From Azolla caroliniana (lineage: Eukaryota; Plantae; Polypodiophyta): DNA of 64,000 bases. Below the pieces are notes generated by a model. The model searched no databases and was not told the DNA's origin. It saw only the letters and a program-made list of their open reading frames with translations. The stretch lies in the NCBI GenBank assembly GCA_043228905.1, contig JBHGNT010000022.1, positions 1,798,001 through 1,862,000 on the forward strand. The letters are read 5' to 3'. Below, in pieces: positions 37,276 through 49,212 of this stretch. Every line of letters starts with the position of its first letter. Position 1 is the first letter of the stretch. Position numbers and translations under genes: made by a program.

Positions 37276-40200
37276 GCTCTTTAATGGATACATAAAACTG
37301 TTTTACAAAATTCCTTTATTTGGTTTTAATTGAGATTACACATTTAAGGCATCAAGAAAAATACATAATTAGAAGTGAACATCAGTATTGAACTATTGAA
37401 AAATGAAGGCCGAGTTTACCTTGCCAGCTCAATCTGAGTTTACCTCACCCTTGAGCTTCTTGAATAAGTCATGAGGATGGTTAATGATCTTTATATTCCT
37501 ATATTTTAGCATGATTTATTTGTTGAAACAATGGCTACCATTTATCATTCTATAAGTTCCAAGGTTGCACTCGATTCTTCTCAATGTTGATGCCGTCATT
37601 CATCTAACCAAGGTTGGCTTAGTTGCATCTATAGGATTTAAAATTTCCATTTACCTTTGTACTATTGCTTAGTTGTGGTATCATAGTGAAAAGAAAAGAG
37701 TAATTCCTTCTGCCTTCGGATTACTAAAAGATTGGAAATCTTGTTGTAGACAATATAGAACCTTTTTGTAGAAAGTAAGCCTACATATGAGCACTTACTG
37801 AGAGAATGTGTGCTAGTAGAAAGACAAGTAATATTTGAATGATTGGACTCCTCTCAACTTACAATGTGAGTTCTCATCCATTATTTAACACGATATCCAC
37901 AACAATTTTGCATATGAAGTTTAGTGTACAATATTTGAATAAGTGCTTAGTGCATCTACATCACTATATCTCATGAGTTTTCAAATTTATATTTTCTAGG
38001 AGGCAATTTATGTAATTCTCGAACATTTCTTACATATTTCCTTTTCCAAATGTAATTCCATTTTATTGCAATAAGAAACACTCCTACAATAATTACACCA
38101 TAGAAGACATGTTTCCAAATCCTCTTGAAGCCACTTGCATTTACTTTCTTGAAATATTTGTTTGGCCTAGCTAACTCTCTTCACCTCATGAAGCAACTCA
38201 TGAGAGTAGACTTGGAACACAAAATCAATATCATGGTCTTTTACAAGCTCTTCTAAAGACACATTTTCTTTGAAAGATGTCAAATTTCTCCTAAAACCAA
38301 GCATTGTAAAAAGGTTGACTTTACTTTGCCTTACTATTTTTGATGTGAGACATACTGTACCACTATATAGGGTGTTGAATTGAGATAATCCTTGTGTTCC
38401 AATTATGAGAAGGAGAAACATATATACACAATCCATGTATTCCAAATAAAATAAGGAGATTAAAATGCCTTACATATATGGAAGTTTATGAGGCAAGAAC
38501 GGATGCAATTTTCCACTATGGATCTTCCAATCTATGAAAAAAGAAAGAAGAAAGAGGAAGGTGAGTATTCCAAACAACTTTGTCTTAGTATTATCTAGAT
38601 TAACTCGTATATTCATCCAATGTAATGAGAGCAATTTCTAAACAAGAAGAAACTTTGTAAAACGTTGAGTTGAACGATGACATAGAAAGACATATAGACT
38701 AAGCATCATTAGTTATTCAATGTGGTCTCTTTCGTAATAAATGAATCCAATTAACTCATGTCATCAAACATTATGTATTTTGTTGGGAGCCATGATCTCC
38801 CAAAATGAGACAAATAATTGCATGTGGCATGGATGCTTATGCATCTCTCTTGAATTCTCTCAAAATAGAAATATTAAAAAGCTTGCCAACAATATGCTAA
38901 CCAAAAGCAATATTATGTTTGAAAGGTTTGTTAAGTTTATGGTGAATGTGTAACTTGTGCTCAAAAGTGCATGCCTACAGTATCATAATCAAGTAAAAGT
39001 TAACAATATGGTAGCGTACAAAAAATGACACGTGCAACCTTTGCAAATTTGTATTTATACATCATATAAGAGACTTCAAATGTCACAACCAATTTAAGGT
39101 TGTGGGTTAAAATCGTCTATAATAATACATTCATTGCATAAGACTTGAAAACATGGAATCCATAATTTTTTTTTCAAATACTAAGCTTGAGATCATGCTC
39201 ACTAAACAATTTAAGAATTCCAAGTTTGGATCACTATACAAATTTGGAGAACCTATTAGATGGGTGACCTCATGAACAATCTCTTTCCAAAAGCATTTAG
39301 GGATTTTGAGACATAAACTATTGATCCAATTCCATTTTCACTCTCTAAGTTGGTCCAAGGTATTTGGATTGAACCAAATAACTCCAATTTAGTCAAAATT
39401 GAGAAAGAATTAGGATTCTATCAAGAAGATGGATTAGAGAGGTCCATTAAGAAAAAGTATTAGAGTTTGAAAAATCGAGCAAGAATTAGAGTTCAATGAG
39501 AATCCGAGGATTAGGGTTTCAAATAAAGCAGTGGGTTCAAGGGTTCCATGAATGTGCATGATGGTTTTAGAAGTCAAGCAAAAATTAGGGCTTTTTCAAA
39601 ACAAGATATGCGTTTTAGGATTTCAAATATATCAAAGATTAACCATCAAACAAAGGAGAAGCCATTGAATGCAAGGAACTTGTCGAAGAAAATATGAATC
39701 TTATATGCCACTTGAAAAAAAGAAGGAAAAGCTTCACATTAAAAGTCTACAAAAAGATAAATACGTAAATAAAATATATCTTGATAATGTTTTATAAAGG
39801 TAATATTAAAAACACACTATGATAATATTATACATTATATGTAGAGGCAAATAAAACATATATATTATATTACATGGATAAGAGAAGACTTGAACCAATA
39901 ACCCCCACCTTAAGACTTTGAAACCTTAACATTTACCCTATAATTGTAGTATGTATAAACTACATGTCTTGTTTTATTTGAAGTAATATTGTATGGTTTA
40001 AATCCTAAACTTCTAGGCGAGCCACGCCACGACAACGTTCAAAGGGGAGCTCCCCACTGTGGTCTTCGATATCTTCGAGCTCATTCTGTTGAGGAAATAA
40101 GGAGGTGGCAATCCAACACAACGAGCATTTGTAAGGAGGTCGAGGTGGCGCAAGAACTCTACCCCACTTCGAGGGATCATAACCATGGGAGGTAGTTGCG

Positions 40201-41485
40201 GTCTTGACGGCCCGCTCGACTCACCTACACTGGAAGCTTCACTTCTCTCACTTCCATCTCTTGCTTGAGCTCATGGTTAACTCGAGGTTGCCACCATTGT
40301 AACCCTTCCCCTTTTGTAACTTGTAAATGTTATTCTATAAAGGGTCCTCTACATGTAATCTAGCGTCAACTTCATAATACAATATCATTTTGTCTTAAAC
40401 TTGTACTCATCGCTTTAATCACGTGATCAAACTCTCTATCAAGCATTTGAGACGACCTAGTTCGTATTGGTGAACTCTAATGATGCCATACTCCGTGATT
40501 GTTTGCTCGAAGCCTTCGACAAGCACATTTCTTCAACAAGAGTGAGTCTTCGATTTACACGTTTCTTCACATACTCCTCCCATTTGACATTCACGTTTCT
40601 TCGACTTGCTCCTTTCAATATATGTGTTTCTTCAACAAACACATTTCGTCGACAAAGAGTGAGTCTTGGTTGTTCTTGTTGACAAACACAAAGGGTCGAA
40701 CAACCCTCTTGTAGAGTCGTTCTATCAAAGAGGATTGTGGTTGGAGATAGGAGTTGGTCGGCTCTATTAAATAATCACTTAACACAATCATGTAGAAATA
40801 TACCTTTAAAGAATTACCATACTTAATTCCATTATAATAGAGATCGATTTTAAGCTATAATTATAGAGTAACATAAATTCAATACACAGAATAACAATTC
40901 AATACCCTGACATACTCCAAGTAACAAACTTATATTAAAAACTATAGCAATACAAATCTATGATTTACAATGCTCCCAAACCCTTTCTTATAGGCGACTT
41001 GAGAGACTTACCAAGAAAATATAATTGCCAAGAACCTACAGTTACCACTAACTGTCCTATATCATAATTATTCGACTATTTCTTTTCACACTTGTACTGT
41101 TACGACTACGACTTCGACTCCTATTTTGACTATCATTTACTAGTCTGTCGACCTATATACTTTGGCTAGCTTAGTTGGTCGATCCGATCAACTAACACAT
41201 TGTACTCTTGTGGGATAGTGCCTTGCACAGTCGAACCCAAACAATCAGTGACTTAGTCGTCCTTGTCTCCGTTTACATCCTCCTCTTCGTGCTCATTCAA
41301 AATGTCTAGCAAATTTGGCTCCTTCTTGTACTGATCTTCGTTCTAGTCAATGTCATCCAGGGCTTGCTGACTTTTTGTTTGTTGTAGTTGATCGGCATGC
41401 GGAGTCGACTCTAGACCATTATCCTTATCTGTGCATGTTTGTTGTAGGTCTTCCAACCCTACTACTTGCTCGTTGTTTTGCTTGG

Positions 41486-41871
41486 TGTTGAGCGAACAAG
41501 CTCAACCGGATCCGGATCGGTATCCGGAACCAAGAGCCGGATTGTAATCGGTATCAGGATGAACTGGTAGGCCGTTAGAGGCCTACAGATCTAGCCTAGT
41601 ACATAGGCATATTTTTGGGAGTTTGTGTCAGTCGCTCGTATGAGCATTGAAGTGCATGTTAGTATTTTTGTCAGTCCTTTTAAGCACTTGTATAAAAACT
41701 GTTTCGTAGGACATTTGTAAAAAAGATGAGTGTTTATATTTTTGAATATCGAGTTTTTTGTTGTTCTGCTCTCTTTGTCTCTCCCATGTATTCAAGCTTT
41801 CCATTATTTCTGTGTTCTGTTGTTATCTGGCTGAGCTGGTTTGTCATAGCTTCCACACATTCACTTTTACA
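41486..41871 (+). repeat. 5' LTR of copia A4
   Basis: TGTTGAGCGAACAAGCTCAAC...TTTACA followed by TGGTATCAGAGC. Confidence 0.9.
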
Positions 41872-42549
41872 TGGTATCAGAGCGTGAGGGTTGAGAACCT
41901 CTACAACCGACGAGCAATTTCCAAAGACAAACCCTAATACCTGGTAGAGAACAGAATGTAAAAAAGTTAGAATGGACTGAGGAATGGTTAGCTCGCTCCC
42001 GACGGAGAAGCTCGATTGATCCAACTATGCATCCTGGTCGTACAAGATGCACTAGTACTTGCTCAGGCATGGCTGTTGGAGTTATGTCGATGGAGCTAAC
42101 GATACGGCACCTGATGCGGCACACAAGGACTTCCCGGCTTGGGAACAAGCGGCAAGTAGGGTAATGTACTGCTTCGTGTCCAGTGTCGGTGATTAGCTGC
42201 CTAGCCATATCCGGGACACCAAGATGCCAAAGGAAGCTTGGGGAAACCTGAAAAAGGTCTTCGCAACAAGCACCACTACCCAGAATCTATAACTCCGATT
42301 GAAGGAGTTGAGCAATGCCCCCAACTATGAATCTTGGTCGTACAAGATGCACCAATACCTACTCGGGCATGACTACTAGAGTTATGTTGACGGAGCTAAT
42401 GATACAGACACGATGCGGCACACAGGGACTTCCCGGCTTGGGAACAACCGGCAAGCAGGGTAATGTACTCCTTCACGTCTGTGTCAGTGATCAACTGCTC
42501 AACCATATCCGGGACACCAAGATGCCAAATGAATCTTGGGGAAACCTAA

Positions 42550-42976
42550 ATAGTACTAAGATAGAGAAGGAATTAGTACTAAAAGATGAGGATTAGTACT
42601 AAGGGAGGTGTAGAACTCTCGAGAGAAGGAAAGAGTGAGATCGAGAGAGAGAGATCGAGAGAGAGAGAGAGAGAGAATGATGATAACAAAAGATATATAT
42701 TATATTAAGAGAATATACAATAGTAGCTACGAGGCTTAAGAGTGGCATTGAACCGATTTGGTTAGAAATAATGCCTTGTGCCTCCTTTTATAATGTTCTC
42801 AGGAGTACTCCTGAAGTTTCTAGAATGTTCTAGAGAAATCTGGAATATACATCAATTTTTTATAGTAAAACTTAAATGAAAATAATATCCTTCATGTTAC
42901 AACATATAGTCTAATGGTCAAGAGCTCGACCCATGTAACATAAGGTCATGGGTTCGAGTCTTGCCATATCATGACA
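42550..42976 (-). mobile_element. Truncated LTR fragment carrying a TATA box, heat-shock element and tRNA-like boxes
   Basis: Ends CATGACA (TGTCATG on minus), minus-strand TTATAAAA at 42786-42793, (GA)n tract; copia A sequence on both sides. Confidence 0.6.
42812..42835. promoter_or_regulatory. Heat-shock element (four alternating nGAAn/nTTCn units)
   Basis: tGAAgtTTCtaGAAtgTTCta, about 20-40 bp upstream of the minus-strand TATA. Confidence 0.65.
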
Positions 42977-43486
42977 ACAAGTCCGATTTACTCACTGTGA
43001 TTGTTTCATCGAGGAGGAAGATCAGATCATCATGCAAGGGTGTTCATCCCTGAAACCAATGATGTTGGCACCGCTATGTTTGCAAAAGGGCAGAAGGTCG
43101 AGTCGGACATCGACCTCTGGCATTCTTGCATTGGGATGGAAGAATGTTCATCCCCGAAACCAATGATGTTGGCACCGCTATGTTTGCAAAAGGGCAGAAG
43201 GTCGAGTCAGACATCGACCTTTGGCATAAGCAGTGTTACTCTTGGGCCGGACTTGCCTCTAACACAAGGTGTCCTTTCAGATCACTTCACCAAAGGGTGG
43301 TTACGGTAAGAGATTCAATACCAACAACTATAACCGGTTATCGTCCGGTTCGGTATTCCGATCCACAACACATCAATTATACGCGTAAGATCCATACATT
43401 GAGCGCAGAACGGAATACAAACATAAGATGAACAAAATAACAATAACAAAACTCTCTTATATTAATATTCCATTGTTTAATACATT

Positions 43487-43905
43487 TGTGAAAGATTATG
43501 TGCGGAAGCAATAGAAAACCGATGACAGAAACGCAGGTTTAATAGAGAGCTTGATAGTATGCGGGAGAGACAGAGAAAGAGCAGAATAAGTTAAATCTAT
43601 TTCAAAACAATAACAGTTCTCTGTACATAAAACGTGCTCAACAACACTAATTATAAAAGTCCTAAGAGGACTGACAGAAGTACTATGTACGTCAATGCTC
43701 ATACGAGCGTCTGACACTAACTACGAGACTATTAACTACCTAGTAGTCCAGGCTACTACTAGGCTTTCGAATACTATTTGATCTAGCTCACCGGCTCACC
43801 GGCTCACTTGCTCACAAGCTCACCGATCCGGCTCATCCTTCCAGATGTCGATCCGGCTCAGGCTTATTCAGCTGATCCGGATCCGGTTGAGCTTGCAGCT
43901 CAACA
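43487..43905 (-). repeat. 3' LTR of copia A5
   Basis: Highly similar to 48810-49212. Confidence 0.92.
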
Positions 43906-46900
43906 CTTCCCCTCAAGCTCAACTTGAGGTTGGATCGTAGTGTCAGCCTCCGTGGCAGCCAGACCTTCCACCCGGCTCCTTCTGGCATCACTCCGCCTCG
44001 CTCACGCTCCTTGCCCGGTCCGGTCCCGTTTGCTGCGACCCTTCTGATTCTGTGCACCTCGACCTCCTCGGTCGGCTTGTCTGCTCAACAGGCCCAAATT
44101 AGCTCCCTTGCTGCTATGACTTCGACGCTTGTCGATTCGTCGATTCCTTCGTGTTGGCATCGACTTTCGCTGCCTTCTCGTCCTCTTGGCCTTGAATTGA
44201 TCCGGTTCTTCTGAATCCGTCTGTTGGCCTTCTTCTTCCACTCGGCTCTGTCCTTCTTGACTCTGCCGCCACTACCGCTTGCTCCGACATGTTTGGATGT
44301 GTCAACTTCCTTTGTCGACTCAGCTCCTTTCTTTTTCTTGTCTCTCCCCTTGTCAGTTCTTCCCTTACTGGTGCAATCGACAATCTCTTTGCATTTGCCC
44401 GTTCTGTTGTCTTTGCCCATTCTCCCCCTCAAGTGTGGCATGTCAAGATGCTGAACACCAAGCATTTCGGTGAAGTGCTGCAACTTGTCCGATCCGAGCG
44501 GTTTGGTGAAGATGTCGGCAACTTGCCGATCCGTATGAACATACCGAAGTTCGACTTCACCGCTCAGGACACGCTCACGCACGAAGTGGTAGTGCACTTC
44601 TATGTGCTTTGTGCGAGCATGGAATACGAGGTTCTTGGCGAGCTGCATGCTGCTTATGTTGTCGTAGTAGATTAGGATCGGGGTCGGCACCTCGATCCGT
44701 AGGTCTTGCAACAGTCGCCAAAGCCAAATGGTTTCATAGGTGGCAACGATAGCGCCCTGGTATTCAGCCTCAGTGCTCAACAGAGTCACTGTTGGCTGCT
44801 TCTTGCTGCTCCATGCAACAACCACGCTACCAAGGGAAAACATATAGCTGGAGGTGGATCGGCAATCCGATGCATCGCCGGCCCAGTCGGCATCGGTGCA
44901 GCCGACTAGCTCTTTGGTTATACCATGCCGGTATAACAATCCCCGGTCCTTCGTGCCGCTCACATATTGCAAAATTCGATGTGCGCACAGAAGGTGCTCC
45001 ATGGTTGGCTTCTACAGATATTGGCTAATCACGCTGACTGGATAACTGATGTCAAGTCGAGTGATTGTCAAATACATAAGGCTTTCGGCAATTTGTCGGA
45101 ATTGCTTCTCATCGCAGGTCGGTCCGGAGTCGGGACAAAGCTTCTGGTTCAGGTCCAGGGGTGTGGAGATCGGTCGGCATTCCGTCATGCCGAACTTGTA
45201 CAACATATTCAACACATAGTGTCTTTGTGAGAGCAATATGCCATCGGGGGTTCAAATCACCTCGATCCCAAGGAAATAGTGAAGGTCCCCCAAGTCCTTC
45301 ATCTAAAATGCGTCCGACAGCTGGGACTTGACTCGGCTGATTTCATCGAGTTCGGGTCCAGTGATGACTAGGTCATCAACATACAGCAAGATGCAAATTG
45401 GACCGTCCGAATCTTGTCGGATGAACAACGAAGAGTCGGACTTGGAGGCCACAAACCCCATCTTATGGAACCGGTGCATGATCTTTGCATTCCAGGCTCG
45501 GGGGGCTTGCTTCAAGCCATAAAGTGACTTCTTCAGCCGGCATACCGCCGACTTGTTCATCTCCGACTGGAAACCGGGGGGTTGGGTCATAAAGAACTCT
45601 TCTTCAAGATCACCTTGAAGAAATGCATTCTTCACGTCCATCTGGTGAAGATGCCACCCCCTTGCTGCTGCAACTGCTAGCACCACACGAACCGTCGTCA
45701 TCTTCGCTACCGGAGCGAAGGTCTTGTTGTAGTTGATTCCGTGGGTCTGTGCGTAACCCTTCGCCACTAACCAGGCCTTGTGCCGGTTAACCGAACCGTC
45801 AGTATTGTACTTTACCTTGTACACCCACTTACATCCGATCGGTTTATAGTGTCGGGGAGGGTCGACTAGATCCCATGTGTTGTGGGCGTCAAGTGCCCGT
45901 ATTTCTTCCTCCATTGAAGTACGCCAATTTGCATCCTTTGCCACTTCTACGTAGCTCTCCGGCTCACACACTTCTGCTACTCTGGTCATGTACGCATAGT
46001 GATGCGCCATGTGCTCATTGTACCCGTACCGCTTCATAGGGTTCTTCTGGCGGGAAGACCGGCGTAACTTATCGTTACCTGGTTTGGGGCCCTTCTTGGC
46101 TGGCCCGGAGTTCGCTCCCGAAGATCCGCCTTCATCCTTTACGGAGTCGGATTCGCTCCGATCCGACTTAGCGTTGCCGGTTTCGTATTCCAGCATCTTC
46201 TTCTTCCCCTTCTCTTTGCGCGTGAACCGTCTCCTCAGTTCCTTGGGCGGGGAGAGCACGATAGAGTCTCCACTACTCGCCGGTTCCTCATCCGATTGGT
46301 CATCCCAACTCAGCCGCTCATTCGGTCCACTTAGCCGGAATGAGATCGGACTGTCTTCTAGAGTGCCGACGTCTTCATCTTCTAGCTGGACCGGTTCAGG
46401 CTTACTAGCCTCATCCTCCGGTATTGGGTCGGGATCGGAAGTCCGAAGTCGGAGCCGGTAAGGCATACCATGATGCCGTCTCATCAAACTCAACATCCCG
46501 GCTAACTTGGACCTGCTTCGTCTGGGGGTTATAACATTTATACCCCTTTTGCTCATGCGAGTAACCAACCAGGATGCATTTCTCCGATTTTGCATCCAAC
46601 TTCCTCTGCTTCTCATCCGGCACATGCACATAAGCAATGCTACTGAATATCCGAAGGTGTCTCAAATTCGGCTTGCGCCAGAAATACAGCTCATGCGCGG
46701 ACACCTTGTCACCGATCCGGTTTTGGATGTAGACGAACGTCCGGACCGCCTCCGCCCAGTAGAAATGGGGCATGCTCTTGTCCTCTAGCATTGCCCTTGC
46801 TGCGTCGACAATCGACCGGTTCTTCCTCTCGGCCACCCCGTTTTGCTCCGGTGTTTATCTGTAGCATAACTCTCTCCGAATTCCTTTTTGCTGCAGATAA

Positions 46901-48809
46901 ATGTTGAATTGGCCGGAAAAATATTCTTTTCCGCCATCCGACTGCATGCACTTGATCTTCCTCTCCATTTCCCGTTCAACCAGGATTTGCAGGTTCTGGA
47001 AACACTCGAAGTCTTCGCTTTTCTGCTCAATGAGGTATATCCATGTGTGTCGACTGTAGTCGTCGATGAAGGAGACAAAATACTGACTCACGCTAAGACT
47101 AACGTGTTGTGCCAGTCCCCATCCATCCGAGTGGATTAAATCGAGCTTGCTATGGCTACGGTTTCGTTCGGTGGGGAATGGAAGTCGGTGTTGCTTCCTG
47201 AGTTGGCAAGCTTCACATGCATGGGCCTTCCGGCCACTAAACTTCGGCAAACTGAAAACAACTTGTTTCGTTTGCAAGTCTTGAGGCCTCCGGTAATTGA
47301 CGTGGCCGATTCGCTTGTGCCACAGGTCGATGTATGATTCGACCTTCTGTCCTTTAGCGAACAAAGCGGTGCTGACATCATTGGTATCAAGGATGAACAT
47401 CCTTCCGTCTCTACGCCCTTGCGCAATAATCTGGCCCTCTTCCTCGATGAAGCACCCAAGGTGTGTAAACCGCTGGTTGACAATCTGTCCAACCAACACC
47501 AGGTTCTTCGTGATAGCCGGAACATGTAATACGTTCATAAGCTTCCCCTCTATCCGACGTGGCTCAAAAGGACTTCTCCGACATGCACGATTGGGTGAGG
47601 AGTGTTGTCTCCGGTTTCGACAACTCCCGGTTCTTCCGGTTTCTCCAAGAAAGAGAATCACTCTTTGTGGCTCGTCATGTGATTCGACGCACCAGAATCA
47701 ACGTACCACACTTACTCCAATTTGGAAGTGGTCTCCTTCATCGAGTTAGCCTTGTGTTTCATCACCAAGGCGGCCACCGGCTTTCCTGGTTTTGGATCAT
47801 CCCGATCCTTCTGCATAGTATGAGTATTGCCGGTTCTCTCTACTGGCCTTGCCAGATCCGGATCTGTCTGAATATGCGCGCTTTTTCCAGCACTCGCTTT
47901 CTCTGTGTCCCTTTTTACCACAGTACCAACATTTCGTGTCGGCCTTTGCTTGCCGGCCTCCGGTGCCGCCTTGACTCACCCTGCTTGTGGAGGGTCCGGA
48001 AGTGTTGTCAGCACGTTCTCTGTGCCTTTGGTTCTGCTCTTGCCGGCCGCTACCATTGCGAGCCGACCCGTTTCGTCCACCATGTCCACGGGGCTGATCG
48101 GCCTCCGTGTACAACATCCGGTTGTCGATGGGTGCACTTGTTGATGCACTAGCGTGGTTCTCCTCTACAAGGAGCATTGACTGTAAATCGAAAAATCACA
48201 ACGTATCCTCCCTTGTACATACAGCCATTCAGAATGCTCTGAACTTAGACGCTAGGCCTCCAAGACAGACCTGCACTATCTCATCTTCCTCTACAGTGAC
48301 GTTGATAGAGGCAAGTGAGTCACAGATCTCTTTGATTCGGGCCGTGTAATTGGCTACCGACATGTTCTTCTGTTAGACATTGCTCAACTCCTGTCAGAGT
48401 TGCAACTTTCAGGCCGTAGTGCTTGCCACGAAAACCTTCTTCAGGTTTCCCCAAGCTTCTTTTGGCGTCTTGGCATCTCGGACATGGCTTAGCAGCTGAT
48501 CTCCGACACTGGACGCAAAGCAGTACATCACTCTGCTTGCTGCATGTTCCCACACTCGCGAGTCCTTGTGTGCCGCATCAGGTGCTGCGTCGTTAGCTCC
48601 GTCGACATAGCTCCAGTAACCATGCCCAAGCATGTACTGGTGCATCTTGTATGACCAAGATGTGTAGTTGGATCTGTCGAGTTTCTCCACTGGGAGCGAG
48701 CTAGCCATTCCTCTAGCCATTTTGTTTGTCCTGTTCTTTACGAAGGTTAGGTTTTCTCCTTGAGCTAAGGTCAGCTACAGAGGTTTTCAACCCTCGCGCT
48801 CGGATACCA

Positions 48810-49212
48810 TGTGAAAGATTATGGGCGGAAGCAATAGAAAACCGATCACAGAAACGCAGGTTTAATGGAGAGCTTGACAGTACGCGGGAGAGACAGAGAA
48901 AGAGCAGAATAAGTTAAATCTATTTCAAAACAATAACAATTCTCTGTACATAAAACGTGCTCAACAACACTATTTAGACAAGTCCTAAGAGAACTGACAG
49001 AAGTACTGTGTACTTCAATGCTCATACGAGCGTCTGACACTAACTACGAGACTATTAACTACCTAGTAGTCTAGGCTACTACTAGGCTTCCGATTACTAT
49101 TTGATCCAGCTAACCGGCTCCCCAACTCACCGGCTCACTTGCTCACCGGCTCACCGATCTGGCTCATCCTTCCGGATGCCGATCCGGATCCAGTTGAGCT
49201 TGCCGCTCAACA
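48810..49212 (-). repeat. 5' LTR of copia A5
   Basis: TG...CA with adjacent PBS. Confidence 0.92.

Larger units (their letters stand above)
43487..49212 (-). mobile_element. Full-length but degenerate copia A5
   Basis: LTRs 43487-43905 and 48810-49212, PBS-like TGGTATCCGAGC at 48798-48809, PPT at 43906-43914, TSD ACATT/ACATC, broken gag-pol ORFs 44085-48720. Confidence 0.93.

Noticed and set aside
38167-38445. Possible transposase or gene exon on the minus strand
   Set aside because: No recognisable motif, nearby stops and no coherent splice chain.
40010-41480. Old LTR-like remnant (TATA-like CTATAAAGGG near 40337)
   Set aside because: No termini, TSD, PBS or coding domain could be defined.
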